Assembly: GCF_963921235.1 (NCBI RefSeq)
Contig: NC_086097.1
Coordinates: forward strand, 136,774,001-136,838,000
Source of the DNA: Mobula hypostoma
Lineage: Eukaryota
Direction: 5' to 3'
Length of the DNA: 64,000 bases
The notes under the pieces were generated by a model, which saw nothing but the letters and a program-made list of their open reading frames with translations, made no database searches and was not told the DNA's origin. Positions 25,836 through 38,647 of this stretch are shown here, piece after piece. The translations under genes were made by a program, and so were the position numbers. Numbering within the stretch: the stretch's first letter is position 1; every line of letters starts with the position of its first letter.

Positions 25836-26334
25836 GTTTCTTTGGAACAAACACAGGAACTCAGCAGGTGAATTATGGAGAAGAAAAGAGCTAGAAAAAT
25901 TACTGCTGACTCCACCCACCCTAGCAATCTCCTATTCAGCAAATTGCGATCAGGAGACGCTACAGGTCCATCAACACCAGGATCACACGTCATCTCTGAA
26001 GCTTCTTTCATGTAGCCATCTAGATTCTTAAAAAAACTCACTCAGCTGTGATACCCTAACTGTCCTTGAACAATGTCCATTAAATGGTCCTTCCTGCTCT
26101 CCTTGTTCTGTTGATAATTGTTGAGCCTGTTCAGATGTTCATATTTATTGAAGTCTGATTATTGATGTTTGCACTAAGTGATATCTGCTCACGGCTGTTT
26201 GCACTATTGTCTTGTGAATTGTTGGTTGCTATTGTGTTGTCTGTTATGGTATTGTCCTGTGTTTTATGCTTGGCACCAAGCTACAATCAATTCTGGTCTG
26301 TTTCACATACTGGCAAAGAAGTGATTTGATAGGA

Positions 26335-26655
26335 ATGAACATTTCATCAGGACTGGAAAGGAGGGGGGAAGAAGCCAGAATAAGAAGGTGGGGTTGGGTG
26401 GGGAAGGAGTACAAGCTGACAAGTGATAGGTGAGACTAAGTGAGGGAGATGGGTGGACAGGGAGGGAGGGGATGAAGTGAGAAGCTGAAGGGCGATAGGT
26501 GGAAGAGGTGAAGGGCTGCAGAAGAAGGAATCCTATAAGAGAGGACAGTGGACCATGGGAGAAAGGAAAGGAGGGGCACCAGAGGGAGGTGATGGACTGG
26601 TAAAAAGAAGAGAAAGGGGTAAGAGGGGAGCCAGAATATGTGAAATTATCCATTT
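26335..26655 (-). mobile_element. Penelope pseudo-LTR fragment, inverted relative to 25500-25830
   Basis: Reverse complement of the pyrimidine-rich Penelope 3' region ending at cagtcctgatgaa. Confidence 0.7.
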
Positions 26656-26659
26656 ATAG

Positions 26660-27330
26660 AATGAAGATAAAAAGCCTCAATGGGGAGTGATACGGGAGGA
26701 TTAAGTATTCTAGCGCATGATTGACTGAACCCTGTTACGCAGATACAGCAAGTAATCAGGAAAGCTAACAAAATGTTTTCATTATCATAAGGGGAGTTGA
26801 ATGCACGAATTGGGAAGTTGTGCTTTAAGAAGGATGCAATGGAGAGACCAACCAGGTCAGGAGCACAGTGTACATTATTGGGTTCCTTGTATAAGGAAGG
26901 ATGTAAATGCATTGGAAGCAATTCCAGAAGGTTTACAAGACTTTTATGTGAATTTCATGGGTTTTCATATCAGGAAAGTTGAACAGATTAGGCTTGTATC
27001 TACTGTAGTAGGAGAATAAGAGTTTACAGTTTACTTGTTTTAGCAAAAAAAAAACGAAGAGTTCTTGATAGGGTGGATGGAGAGAGGGTGTTTTGTGTGG
27101 GAGAATCTAGAACTGGCGGTTATTGTATTTAGATAGATGAGGTCATTTTTGTTCCTTTCCAAGGGTCATGAGTCTTCGTACCTTCATTCCTCAAAGAGTA
27201 ATGGAGGCTGAGTCTCTGCCAATGAAGAATTTATTCACTGCAAAGGAATGAAAGTTACCGTGGAGTCAGACTACAGGCACAGCAGCAATGATTTTACTAA
27301 AGAGTGCAGCAGACTTGAAGGGCTAAGTGA
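26660..27330 (+). mobile_element. Old CR1 3' remnant
   Basis: WVPCIRKDVNALEAI..RFTRL; CR1-like C-terminus. Confidence 0.6.
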
Positions 27331-27633
27331 AGCATTTGTTTATTCAAAGGTAGGATGAGGAAGGGAAAAGAAAGAACAGGAGGGATGAAAGGAAGAGAGC
27401 TTTTGGAAAGTGAGGCGTCTGCAGTGAAACTGTGTAATAGGACTGCACAGACAAACCAGCCACATGGGAGTGGTCTAGCTCGTGTTTTGGTGATAGTTTA
27501 TTGATAGATTGTTGCTTATCTTAGGGTAAAGAGAGAGCACTTCCCCACTCTTGTTTCAAATAGCAGCCTTGAAAAGAGCAGAGAGGGTTCTGCCTTAATT
27601 TCTTATCCCAAACAAGACACACATGAGAGTGCA

Positions 27634-27820
27634 AACACGAGGGATTCTGCAGATGCTGGAAATTCAAGCACACACATCAAAGTTGCTGGTGAACGCAGCA
27701 GGCCAGGCAGCATCTCTAGGAAAAGGGTCCTGACGAAGGGTCTCGGCCTGAAACGTCAACTGTACCCCTTCCTAGAGATGCTGCCTGGCCTGCTGCGTTC
27801 ACCAGCAACTTTGATGTGTG
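27634..27820. mobile_element. Penelope-derived foldback element: perfect 52-bp inverted repeat with a hammerhead motif in the loop
   Basis: Arms 27671-27722 and 27769-27820 are exact reverse complements; loop contains CTGACGA..GAAACGTC; imperfect 15-bp direct flanks (acacatgagagtgca / acacatgtgagttca). Confidence 0.85.
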
Positions 27821-28374
27821 ACACATGTGAGTTCAGCACTTCCTCTGTACTACACTGAAATCCCAGCCTGGAACTCAGAGTAGGAGTGGTGGTCTACACC
27901 AGGCTGTTGAGACTTCAATCCTCTCTCTAATTTTGAGATGAAAAGTGAGAGCTGACACCTAGGTTGTCGTTGACCTTTGGGGAAGGAGGGAGACAAGATG
28001 TGTGTATGTTGTGTCAAAAAGTGTTTGGAACCCAGAGAGGGTGTTCTGAATAAGTGAGGAAAAATTCAGAATGAAAGAAATTGTTCAGTCTTACTGATTA
28101 ATTTAATTTTTTTATATATTTTACAGTAATTTTTAGTTTTATGTATCGCTCTTTACTGTTGCCGTGGAACAACAAATTTCGCGACATATGTCATATTAAA
28201 CCTCATTCTGATTCTGTGGGAAATGATGAAATAACTAAAACCAAAACTGGAAAATACAGGAAATAGTAGGGGAGGAGAAGTTGGGATACTCCGGAAGAGA
28301 GGGAGAGTGAATGAGGATGCAACCCCCAGTGAACTGTTAACAACTCATGGAATATGTTGCACATATTGCAAATA

Positions 28375-29173
28375 CATTGGACTTCAGTTAATTGGGCCAT
28401 CAGTTAATTGAGGCAGCTGCCTATTTGGGGCAATTCTTAAAGAACAAAAACTAATTGATAAAACAGCCAGGATTCCCAAATCTGGGATTTGGGACACTAT
28501 TCCACTTAATTGGACCAGGAGACTGTTCCCGACGTTTCTAACTAGCATCAGTCATGTGCACTCATGTGTCTGCTAAATGCTATATGGTGCTCGACTGAAT
28601 AGTTATTAAATAGCTTGAGCTACATGTGTTTGTGTTCAAAAAGCAGTGATTTTTGTCACTGACAGTTGCCGAGAAATAAGCAGTAAAACAATTCAGAACT
28701 GATTTGCTCTCTGCGGTTTCATGCATTCAGATTTGGAGATGCCGGAAATGACCAGGAGTGAAAATGAAATGATTTCACTACTTCAAGTTAAGAACTATGA
28801 AGAATTTTGAAGGTTTCAACAATCATCTTTAATGTTACAATGAAAATGAAGATTTGGAGAATGCTTTTGTCGAACACATTGTATGAAGACAATCCATTAT
28901 CTGCACTTGCTGTCTGCACTGATATATTTACAGCTTATCAAAAGAATACGGCAGCCTACACTAGATGAATTCCTCCATCAATAACTATTAGGAACTACAG
29001 TTTTATAGTACTGTAGTATTGTTCTAATTTGTTATGTATTTTATGTAAATACATAATTTGTTACTCAATTAAATGATAGTTTGTCTTTTTTATACATTTT
29101 TGACTATTTCCTTGAAACTAATTTAGCCAAAATGTACTGGTCTGGATGTGTCCCAGTCAACCAGAATCCACTG
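28375..29173 (+). mobile_element. Non-autonomous pogo/Tigger-like DNA element, copy 2
   Basis: TA|cattggacttcagttaattggg ... ccagaatccactg; colinear with 17092-17863. Confidence 0.78.
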
Positions 29174-29689
29174 TGTTATCAATATTTACCAGAAATTTAT
29201 GGTGATTCCTTGCTACTTGAATTTTTTTGTGCCCTGTACATCCTCATCCAAATTGTTGATACAGATGACAAACGACAATTGCCTGGCACCAGTTGATGCT
29301 GCACTGTGCCATTCTACCTTGGTTGTTTTAAGCATTTTATCTACATTGCCCCGTCATGTTATTTGACCAAATGTGATTTGCAAGAGGTATTAGTATTTAT
29401 CTTTGATGCACTATCAACTTTTGGGCTTCACATGAACTGATGAAATCACAATTATTAAAGTTCTACCATGAGTCATAGGGCTGCAGTTCAAAAAATAACT
29501 TTCCATCATCTGTCTTTGCTTCCTACCATCAAGCCGATAGTGCGTTCAATTAGCTGGCTCTCTTTGGATCCCGTGCAACTTCTGTCAGGAGTTTTTATTT
29601 AAATATTGCAGCAATGTCACTAGTAATTGAGAAAGTGAATCACAAAAGAACATCCATGTGTGTATTAAGAGTGAAATCTTTTAAATTGG

Positions 29690-30105
29690 GTGATATTTGC
29701 CTATTGCCTGTTGCCGGGGCCGGGGATGGAGCGCTCGGCAGAGTTGGTGCTTGGTGTCGGAGAACTGGTCGGAGGCTCGGAGTTTTCGGACGGACTCGGA
29801 GTCAGACTGTGGTCGGATGCTTCCAGGATGCTGCATCGGCAAGTTTGTGGCGCTGGAGGTTTACCGTTTGCGTGAGATGATGGGACTTTCGAGAGACTTT
29901 GAGACTTCACCGTGCCCATGGTCTGTTCTTTATCAGATTACGGTATTGCTTTGCACTGTTGTAACTATATGTTATAATTATGTGGTTTTTGTCAGTTTTT
30001 CAGTCTTGATTTGTCATGTGTTTCTGGGATATCATTCTGGAAAAACGTATCATTTCTTAGTGCATGCATTACTAAATGACAATAAAAGAGGACTGCGTGT
30101 CATAT
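29690..30105 (+). mobile_element. Non-coding SINE-like element, CpG-rich body with LINE-type 3' tail
   Basis: CpG-rich 5' part, T-rich 3' part ending in aatgacaataaaa; family not identified. Confidence 0.4.
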
Positions 30106-30118
30106 GAGTCATAAGATT

Positions 30119-30119
<1 letters not shown>

Positions 30120-30157
<38 letters not shown>

Positions 30158-30272
30158 GTTGACTCAGACCTAGGGGGCTGGTGTCGGGCACGACGACAGA
30201 CTCTCCACTTCTCCCTCTCCCTCATCAGTGTGTTCAGTTCGTCTACATTAGCCGCGCCGCTGTCTTCTAGGT
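30120..30272 (-). mobile_element. RTE/RTEX LINE 3' end with (tag)n tail
   Basis: Minus strand reads LEDSGAANVDELNTLMREREKWR..ST** followed by (tag)~13, seen as the (cta)n microsatellite at 30120-30157. Confidence 0.6.
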
Positions 30273-30324
30273 TTAACAGTACCAGAAATGACTTGATATT
30301 CTACAGCACTGCACTTGAGGATAA

Positions 30325-30590
30325 AAAAAATACTGCTGGTGCTGGAAATCTGAAATAAAAACAGAAACTGCTAGATAGACTCGACAGGTCAGACAACATC
30401 TGTGAAGGGAAAAGAAATAAGGTTAATGTTTCAGCCTGGAGACCCTTCATCAGGCTGAGGTTGTAAAGGATCTCTCACCTGAAATTTAAACTTCTTTTCC
30501 TCCCCCAAATTCTGCCTGACCTACTGACTGTTTCCGGCAATTTCTGTTCTTAATTCAGGTTTCCAGTGTCTGCTGCAGGTTTTTTGATCT
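30325..30590. mobile_element. Older Penelope-type foldback element
   Basis: Degenerate inverted arms; the minus strand of ~30424-30453 reads cctgatgaagggtctccaggctgaaacatta (hammerhead-like). Confidence 0.6.
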
Positions 30591-31862
30591 TCATCCTCAG
30601 TGGAAATTCTCTCTTACATTTACTGGTGCACCATGCATTATAAATGGTGACCCCACAGCTTGTAGGTATGTTTTAAGGCATGCTTCAAGAGATAAGGCTT
30701 AAAGATATGAGGTGAGATTTCCTGTTTGGATGTTGAAGGCAGAAACATCAAAGGTCAAGTGATTGAATATGGAATCAAAGAGCCAAAAATGAAGGAACAC
30801 AGAATTCTTGGAGAGCTGGAGGTTACAGAGATGGGAAGGAGTGATTAAAAAGGGATTTGAAAGTGTTGAGAATTTTTAAAATTGTAGTCTTAGTTAAGTG
30901 GGGATCAAAAACTGGCAGAGTTATATGCTTTATAAAAAGGGGTAAAGTGCTAACTCAAGTAAGACATTATTCCCTGAAATTCTGTCCCTTTGGGAAGACA
31001 TTGCCAGGTCTCAGTTAAATTCCTCATTCCAACAGATTCTGTTCCAAAATTCAAAGCAGTGTCGTTGGCTCTCTGTATCTACCGTAATGTTCTTAGCTTT
31101 AAAATTGTAACAGCAATCACTTACTGCACAGGACTCTTGTTTATTGTATATGGTGACTCTGATTAGCTTGAGGAGGATGTTTAAAAATATCGAACAGTTC
31201 TGATCTAGGGTTGGAAGCGTTTATATAAGTGTTGATTTACAGGGGAGCAGAAGGCTATTCAGATTATTATGCCCATGCTGGCTCCTTGAGCATTGTAATT
31301 AATTCCTCTTTCCTGCTTTTATTCCACAGCTCTGCATATTTTTACATTTCCAAGTATTTGTCTAATTTTGTTTTGTAAGTTAGTACAGTATTGAATTTAC
31401 TCCCACTGCACTCCCTGGCAGCATGTTCCAGATCACAACCATTCCTAAGTTTAAAAATAACATTCTTCTTATCTTTCCTCTTTTTTTTGCCAAATGTCTT
31501 AAATGCATGTTCACTGCTTCCTGATCCACTTGCCAGTGAAAATAAATTCTTCTTATTTATTCCAAAAAGTCTATTGATATTTTTTCTCTTAACCTTCTCT
31601 CACCCAAAGAAAATAACCACAGCTTCTCCATCACCTCCACAGTGTAGAAGTTGCTAAAATCAGGGATTGTTCCCATAAGTATTTGCACCTTCTTCGAAGA
31701 AATTTCCTGGTCCCAAGAATCCAATGCAGTTCTCCAGCTGAGGCTGAATCAAAACTTTATATAACCTTCATGGAACAAAATATTCGCATAATTCTAAGAT
31801 TACACTATGCAATATTGGATTAATTTTTTATTCTCTTCTCAAATGATTTTCTCCTTTTTCAG

Positions 31863-31986
31863 CAATGGGCTTCTTTTTCAAGGATTTGGTATTTGATTGA
31901 TGCCAAAATGCAGCCACCCGGAAAGATTGCAACTATGTGCTCCGTCAGACTGCAGGGGAAACATAAGCCGATCTACCATGCACTGA
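31863..31986 (+). CDS. MRPL13: MRPL13 coding exon 2
   Basis: Polypyrimidine tract + ag; [41 protein letters not shown](S); A|gtgagt donor; 124 nt. Confidence 0.96.
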
Positions 31987-32309
31987 GTGAGTATCTAGAA
32001 CCCATTCCCTCTCTTAAGTGCAAAGTTTCACTTGCAACCTTAGCTTCCAGCAGATGCCGAATGTAAGTGGAACGGCTGTTGCACTCCAGTTGACCCAGCC
32101 AAATGATAGCAGCAATCCGTGCTGTGGTTGTGTTATTCCATCAAGTAATTACATTACTTTTGTTACTTGAATGATTGGTAAAGCCATTCTAGAGTAAGTT
32201 TTACATTTAGCTCAGAGTGAATTAAACGGAAAACATTTTGCCCAATTTGAATGTGCAGCTATTTTGTGAAATATTGAATCCTGTAAATAATGCCTCCAAG
32301 AAGACCACA

Positions 32310-32660
32310 ACCTTTTGTGCTTTGGAGGCTTGTGTGCCTCAATGACCCAGAGAGCTATGCTGGCTGGAGTCAGAGCCTTATGCTTTGGCTCTTGGTAGGG
32401 TCACCCATGTCATGGGTCAAATGGTAGAGGCCAGATTAAGAGCAGTCACTGATCTTCCAGGTTCGGGGGTTCAGCTCAGGGCTAACAACCCTGACTGGTC
32501 AAACAAAAATTTTGCGGAAACAAATGAAGAATCCTTCTACATCTGTGTGTAACAGTATTCCTGAGACTCCACCTGGGATCCTGAACCACAGCTGAGGCAG
32601 AATAGAGACGATGGCCAAGGACAGATAGAGATTGCTGCCCAAAATGCTAGCAGCGTCTTT
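32310..32660 (+). mobile_element. RTE-derived bipartite element (5' UTR + 3' end)
   Basis: aatgacccagagagctatgctggc..ggtagggtcaccca..gggctaacaaccc is typical of RTE 5' UTRs; ends in MAKDR-like C-terminal remnant. Confidence 0.55.
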
Positions 32661-32984
32661 GCTTGCGAAGTAGCAGAGGCTATAATTTCAAAGTAATCTC
32701 TACGGACTAAGGCACTCAGACAACTCTTAAATCTTGTAAAGGATGCAATGCTGCTACTTTAGCTATTGCCTCTGCTCCGATCATCTAAGAAGACAACTGT
32801 AGACCGGAATTTCTTAACCATAAAACTTAAAATTATGGTTTTGTTTTCTTGATTAAAATTTCTGGTTAAGGTATTGCTACCGAATGTGTGTGACAGCTTC
32901 CTGGTAGTCAAAAAGCTAAGAAATCTGTCTTCAAAACATCACTAAAAATACCTCTTCTGAGGTAAATTGTGCAAAATTATCACT

Positions 32985-33855
32985 GCTAAAAGTGAAGGGG
33001 CGAGCGATGGCAAAGCGAGTTCAGGGGATGAATCGATGCAGATGGAATTCCAATGCCCATACAACTGGCCAGGGTGCGAAGTTGAAATGCTGTGGGTGCC
33101 AAGCTGATTTGAAGAGTTTGAGAGTGGCTTGGGTTGGGTGACGAAATCTGGGCGATGGAATTCCGATGCCCATACAACTGGCCAGGGTGCGAGGTTGAAA
33201 TGCTGTGGGTGCCAAGCTGATTTGAAGAGTTTGAGAGTGGCTTCGGATTGGGTGACGAAATCTGGGCCCAGATCGAGTCGCTGGGCTTTTCGCAGCAGCA
33301 GTGTCTGCGTCCTAGTATGAGGTGCAATGTGCAGTTTAGACGATTTAAACGCCAGCTCAGAATCAAAACAAAAGCCGACTTTGCTCGCTCTCTGGGATCT
33401 TCACTCCTCCATCCAGGGCACAGAACCTTTTGCTGTTGCATCAATTTAAACGCCGGCCGAGATAGACTGAAAAGGCAAGGTGCCGGTCGGGACGAGAGCC
33501 GATTTTGCTCGTTATCCGCGATGGTCATCTCCATGGTGCTGAGGCTATGAAGACTGCCCCAGCTGCTGTGCTCGGTGCCCGCTAATATGATGAACAGATA
33601 ATCCATGCTGTGGGCCTATTCTGGGCTGTTCGGAACTGAGGACTCGTATTTGGTTCGGAATATTGTTGTTCACTTCAATTGTTTGCATAACTTGTATTTT
33701 TTTCTATTTTTTTGCGCATCCTGTTGGTCTTTTATTTTTATTCTTTTTTTAAAACTGTGTTCTTTTGGGTTTCTTGTTTTGTGGCTATCTGTGAGCAAGC
33801 AAATCTCAAGGCTGTATAATTTATATATCCTTTGATAATAAATATACCTCAATTG
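32985..33855 (+). mobile_element. Non-coding retroposed element with an internal 113-bp tandem duplication
   Basis: CpG-rich body; 33041-33153 duplicated at 33154-33267; T-rich LINE-type 3' tail ending in gataataaa. Confidence 0.45.
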
Positions 33856-33939
33856 AATTTGTGGAATTCACTGAGGAATGGTGAAACATTTAGAATCCAG
33901 AAACGATGAACCAAGGAAAGAAAATCAAACAATAAGAGT

Positions 33940-35060
33940 AGGTTAGTGAGGGGAAAAAAATTGCAATAAATAATGCAGATTTCTGTAGCTAAGTAGAAGG
34001 AAAAATAGTAAATGTGGATGACGGTCACTTGTAGTCTACTACATGAGAAATTATAATAGGGAATAAGGGAAAGAAAGAGAAATTAAATACTTTGTATTCT
34101 CTGAAGAATATGCAGAAATAATGCACAAGTATGGAATAACTTATAAAGTTCAAGGATCTGTGTTAGGAAGAAGATTAGAAGTGAAGAAGTTAATGGAACT
34201 GTATGCCAATTAGTGCAAAGGTCTGTGTCATGGTCTTGGTGGAGATGGTGGACACACTGGCTGACATCCTCTGAAATATCATAGATTCTAGAATGATTGC
34301 CACAAAGTGGAATATAGCATAAGTTATTCAATAAAAGAGAAGAAAAACTGAGATCTATAGACCAGTTTGTCCAACATCCATATTAGCAAAAATGTTAGAA
34401 TTTTTTGATAAGGTGCGACTCATCTTATTAAATACACAGCATTGGAAGTAATATACTGGTATGAATTGAGGATCAAAAGGCATGGAATAGGAGACTAGGA
34501 ATAAGCAGATTATTTTTGGCTTGGAAGACTGACCAACAGGATGCTTCAGAGATCTGAAATGAGACTCCTGCTTTTCACCATCTACTACCAGTGATTTGGC
34601 TAAGAGGATCAAGCAGAAATAATGTGTTAACTGATGAAGATAAAACTAGGTGGCAGTGTAGGCTGTGAGAAAAATGCAGTGAAGCTTTAGTGAATGGGCA
34701 AGAACACAGCCAATAGAATCTAATTGGAAAAACTTGTTATGTGCTTGGGTAGAAAAGAATACAAAGGCAGAATATTTTTTTAACTGGTATGAATACAAGG
34801 TGTTGATATTCAGAAGGGCTTAGGTCATCTTTTACGTTAAAATGCAGGCTCAGGAAGCAATAAGGAAAGCAAACTGTAGTTTGGACTTCAAAAGGATTTC
34901 AGTACAAGAGATATCTTGCTCCAGACTTGTTCCTGCCGTGCAGAGCCTTGGTTATCCAGAATATCCTGGACTGGTATAGGCCAAAGTTAGCATAGTTTCC
35001 TTCAGGGGAGATCTCGTTTGACAAAGCTGTTGGAATTCTTTGAGGAAGTAACAAGGTACA
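33940..35060 (+). mobile_element. Very old CR1 RT remnant
   Basis: Degenerate CR1 RT blocks (ctatagaccagtt, ctgatgaagataaaactaggtgg, agagccttggtt). Confidence 0.5.
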
Positions 35061-35069
35061 AGATTGTTT

Positions 35070-37015
35070 AATATCATTTCCAGTATGCAAGTGTTAAGGG
35101 GAATGAAATAAATGTTGATCAGCCTTGCTGCTTTTGTGTCTGGTGGTCTGGCGTGGATGCTACATAGTCCCGTCCCTGACGGAAGTGGGACAAACTGTCC
35201 ATGAGCAGGGTGGGTGGAATCTATCATGATACTGCTGGCCTTTTTTCTGGCACCCTTCTGTATATATGTCATTCATGGCGAGTAGGCTGGTGCCAGTGAT
35301 TCATTAGGTAGTGTTGACTGCCTGTTGTAAAGTCTTCCTGTCCACCACAGTATAGTTTTCGATGCAGCATGTTAGGATGCTCTGTGCTGTGCTTTTGTAG
35401 AAGGTTGTGAGTACTGGCACATATTGTCCAGCTCTCTTCAGCCTCCTCAGAAAGTAGAGGCATTGGTGAGCTCTCTTGATTGTGTATGATGTGATCTGGG
35501 ACTCATCCTACACAATCAAGATTGTGTTTGAGACGCTGTGTGAGATGTCCCAGGAGTTTGAAACCGCTCGCAGTTCCACTGATGTAAGGAGGGGTGTCTG
35601 TGGTGCGAGTTCTCCTGAAGTCAATAACCATCTCCTTTGTCTTGTTGAGTAAGAGGTTATTTACTTGGCATCAGGCCTTGAGCTCTTCAACCTCTTCTCT
35701 GTCTGTCATCTTGTTGTTGTTGCTGATGAGCCCCACCACTGTCGTGCCATGAATTAATGTGATTACTTGGGTGTGCAGTTGTGCACCCGTGTTGATGATG
35801 TTTGAGAAGGAGGAACAGTTGTGCATTCTGACTATCAGAGGCCTGTAGGTTAGGAAGTTCAAAACCTAGCTATACAGTGATGTATTTAGACTGAGAAGTA
35901 CGAGCTTGTTCACCAAGGTCAGTGGGACAATAGTGTTGAATGCCAAAATGAAATTCTGAAATAATATTCTGGCAGAAGTGACACACAGAGCATGCTGAAG
36001 GAACTTAGCAGATCAGTCAACATCTTTGGAATTGAATAAACAGTCCACCTTTCATCAGAACCCAAAATGTCAACTCTTTATTAATTTCCATAAATGCTGC
36101 CTGGCCTACCGAGTTCCTCCAGCATTTTGTGTGTTGCTCTGGATTTCCAATATCTGCAGAATATCTTGTGTTTCTTGATATATGTCCTTGTTTTCTCGGT
36201 GTGTTTGGGCTAGGTGCATGACAGATGCTGTGGCACCTGTCATAGAGCATTTCTGTTGGTTGTGTGGCAGGAATAAAGTTTTTGATGTATGCTATTGCCA
36301 GCTGTTCAAAACACTTCATAATGATTGGCATCAGTGCCACAGGGCAGCAGTCGTTTAGTTCTGAAGATGTAGAGTTCTTTGGTATAGGGATGATGGTGGC
36401 TGATTAGAAGCATGTGTGGACAGCAGTCTGGATATGCACACTCCCTGAGTACTTAGCCAGGGATGTGTTTTGGCCCGGCAGCCTTATGGGGGTTGACTCA
36501 GCGGAGTCCTTCTCACGTCTGCTGCTGTTATAGACAGTGGCTGCTCAACTGCAAGAGGCTTAGCTTCCGTGGCTGATGCAGTGTTGTATGCCTCGAAGCA
36601 TGCACAAAAGTTGTTCAGAGCATCAGAGAGGAGGCCGTCACTGGTGCAGCTGATGATCTTTTTTCCTTGCATAGTCAGTAATGCCTTTGGTGCCCAGCAA
36701 AATACACCCAGGATCATTATCAGGCGATCTTCCTGAATTCTTTCAGTGATCTTTTCCCTCTTGATGCCTAAGCTGAGGTTTCTCCTTGCTGCTCTGAGAG
36801 CTGTTGTGTCACCAGACATGAAGGCAGCGTCCTGGGCTTTTAGTAGGGAGTGTGCACTTCTGCATTCAGCCAGGGCTTCTGGTTGGGCTGTGAGATACGA
36901 ACATCATCTGCGCATTTACAGATGTCACTGGTAACAGGTGAGGCATATTCCTTGTGGTCTGTGCCTTTTCAATTTGTGGTGGCCTCCTTGAACATCTGCC
37001 AGTTAGTCTGGTCAA
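35070..37015 (-). mobile_element. Decayed Rex1/Babar LINE with a nested Penelope foldback (~35982-36175)
   Basis: ALMPIIMKCFEQL, SDALNNFCACF, TTVVGLISNN, HPAHGQFVPLPSG. Confidence 0.8.
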
Positions 37016-37854
37016 AACAGGTTGGACTAAGGAAAGTTATTAGATGTATTTACCAGGACTTTCAGAAGTTTTTTTCTCTCTATTATTATTGTATTGTACT
37101 GCTGCTGCAAAATTTAAAACATTTCACGACATGTGCTGGTGATATTAGACCTGATTCTGATTCTGAGATGGCATAGAAGTGGTCCTGTGCAAGATCAGCC
37201 ATCACCTTGTTGAGCAAAGCAGAAGACACTTCTGATCTCAGTAGATTTCTCTGCTGTTTCTTGTTGGATCACTCCAGGCATACGTCATATGAAATTTACA
37301 CCAGGCAATAGTGCTTGGCGGTAGTGTTGAGAAAGAGCCCATACATGACCAGGAAAAGTTCTGACAACAGCAACTAGTTCAGTCACTGCGTACTGTACAT
37401 TCTGCCTTCAGGATCATTATGAGCTTCTCCCTGGACTTTCAGTGGTTCTCTGTAATGAGTAAACAAGCTTGATTCAATCTCTCCAGGCTGAGTGGTCACC
37501 CAAGGATTCTGGATAACCACTTGGACCTTGGCACCTTAATGAAACTTAGCTTTCCTCTGTACCTTGCAGAGTTTCTGAGCGAGAGCAGAACTTTGCACTA
37601 CACATAACATGCAGTGGCAGTCTGTATTTCCAGTGTTTCTGTACTTTTGCAGGTGGTGAAAGCTCTGCAGCTGGTGTAATAGTGAAGTATAACCACAAGG
37701 TGGTGACATGATTACATTTGGGAAGCTTATTGTTCTGTCAGTATTTAAGATCACATCGTTTAACAAGCCGATGTCTTACGTGTCTTGTACTGTTTGTGTG
37801 ATCTTCTCCTCACATTTTAATCCATTCTTGGAAATCTGTTTCTCATTTTTTTTT

Positions 37855-37990
37855 CCTCCAGTCCTGCTGAAGGGTTTCAGCCCAAAACATCACCTGTGCT
37901 CTTTTCCATATGTGCTGCCTGGCCTGCTGAGTTCCTCCAACATTTTGTGTGTGTTACTTGGATTTCCATCATCTGCTTGTTTGCTTCTCC
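37855..37990 (+). mobile_element. Penelope 3' terminus with decayed hammerhead
   Basis: ccagtcctgctgaagggtttcagcccaaaacatc followed by gctgcctggcctgctgagttcctcc. Confidence 0.65.
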
Positions 37991-38647
37991 AGCTGTGGCT
38001 TTTGATCATCTCAGAGTAAATCACCTCATTGACAGCAATGCTTTCAGCTGGCTGGATTCTCAACCCTGGAATTTCCCAAACTTATCTCTTTTGCCTCTCT
38101 GTAAAAAAAACTCTTTCCATGGCTTATTGACTCCATAAAGTGTCCCAGATCATGTTAAGGATGCTACATATAATAAACTGTTGTTGATTTTCATTTTCCT
38201 ATAATTCCACGGGGATACTTTTAATGAATAGGTTTTAGAAACTATTCCTGCAGCATGTGAAGCATTTAGTAATTCATGGGGTGTAATTAATTGTTTGGAA
38301 TATTTCTGAATTTATCCTCGTGATCTCTTTACAAACCTAAATGAGGTGCAGAGCTCCAGCTGTTTTTTTTCTAAACAAGAATCACTTTGCAATTCAAACT
38401 CTTATTGCAGCTATTGGCTTCATTAATGAATCAGTTAGCTGTGTACTACAGCACAGCGACCATGCAAGTGATAATTATAATCAGGACCAGTGATTCTTCC
38501 AGGAACAGCCACATGGGTTGTGATTCTTCCCCAGCTGTATAATTCAAAATCAAGAAAGCACCAGTTTGATATCATCATTCCCACTGCAGACATAAGAAAC
38601 TGTAGATGCTGCAATCTGAAGCAACAAACAATCCGCTGAAGGAACTC

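Noticed and set aside
30104..30358. ORF with a poly-tyrosine tract
   Set aside because: Translation of the (cta)n tail of a minus-strand RTE-type 3' end.
32986..33606. 206-aa minus-strand ORF with an internal repeat
   Set aside because: Antisense read-through of a GC-rich repeat with a tandem duplication; no domain motifs or splice support.
37620..37715. Strong acceptor (tttctgtacttttgcag) as candidate MRPL13 exon 3, with a nearby CTCF-like ccacaaggtggtg
   Set aside because: Does not encode the expected DCGDHVV..FSGNKW peptide; a single motif match is not evidence of function.
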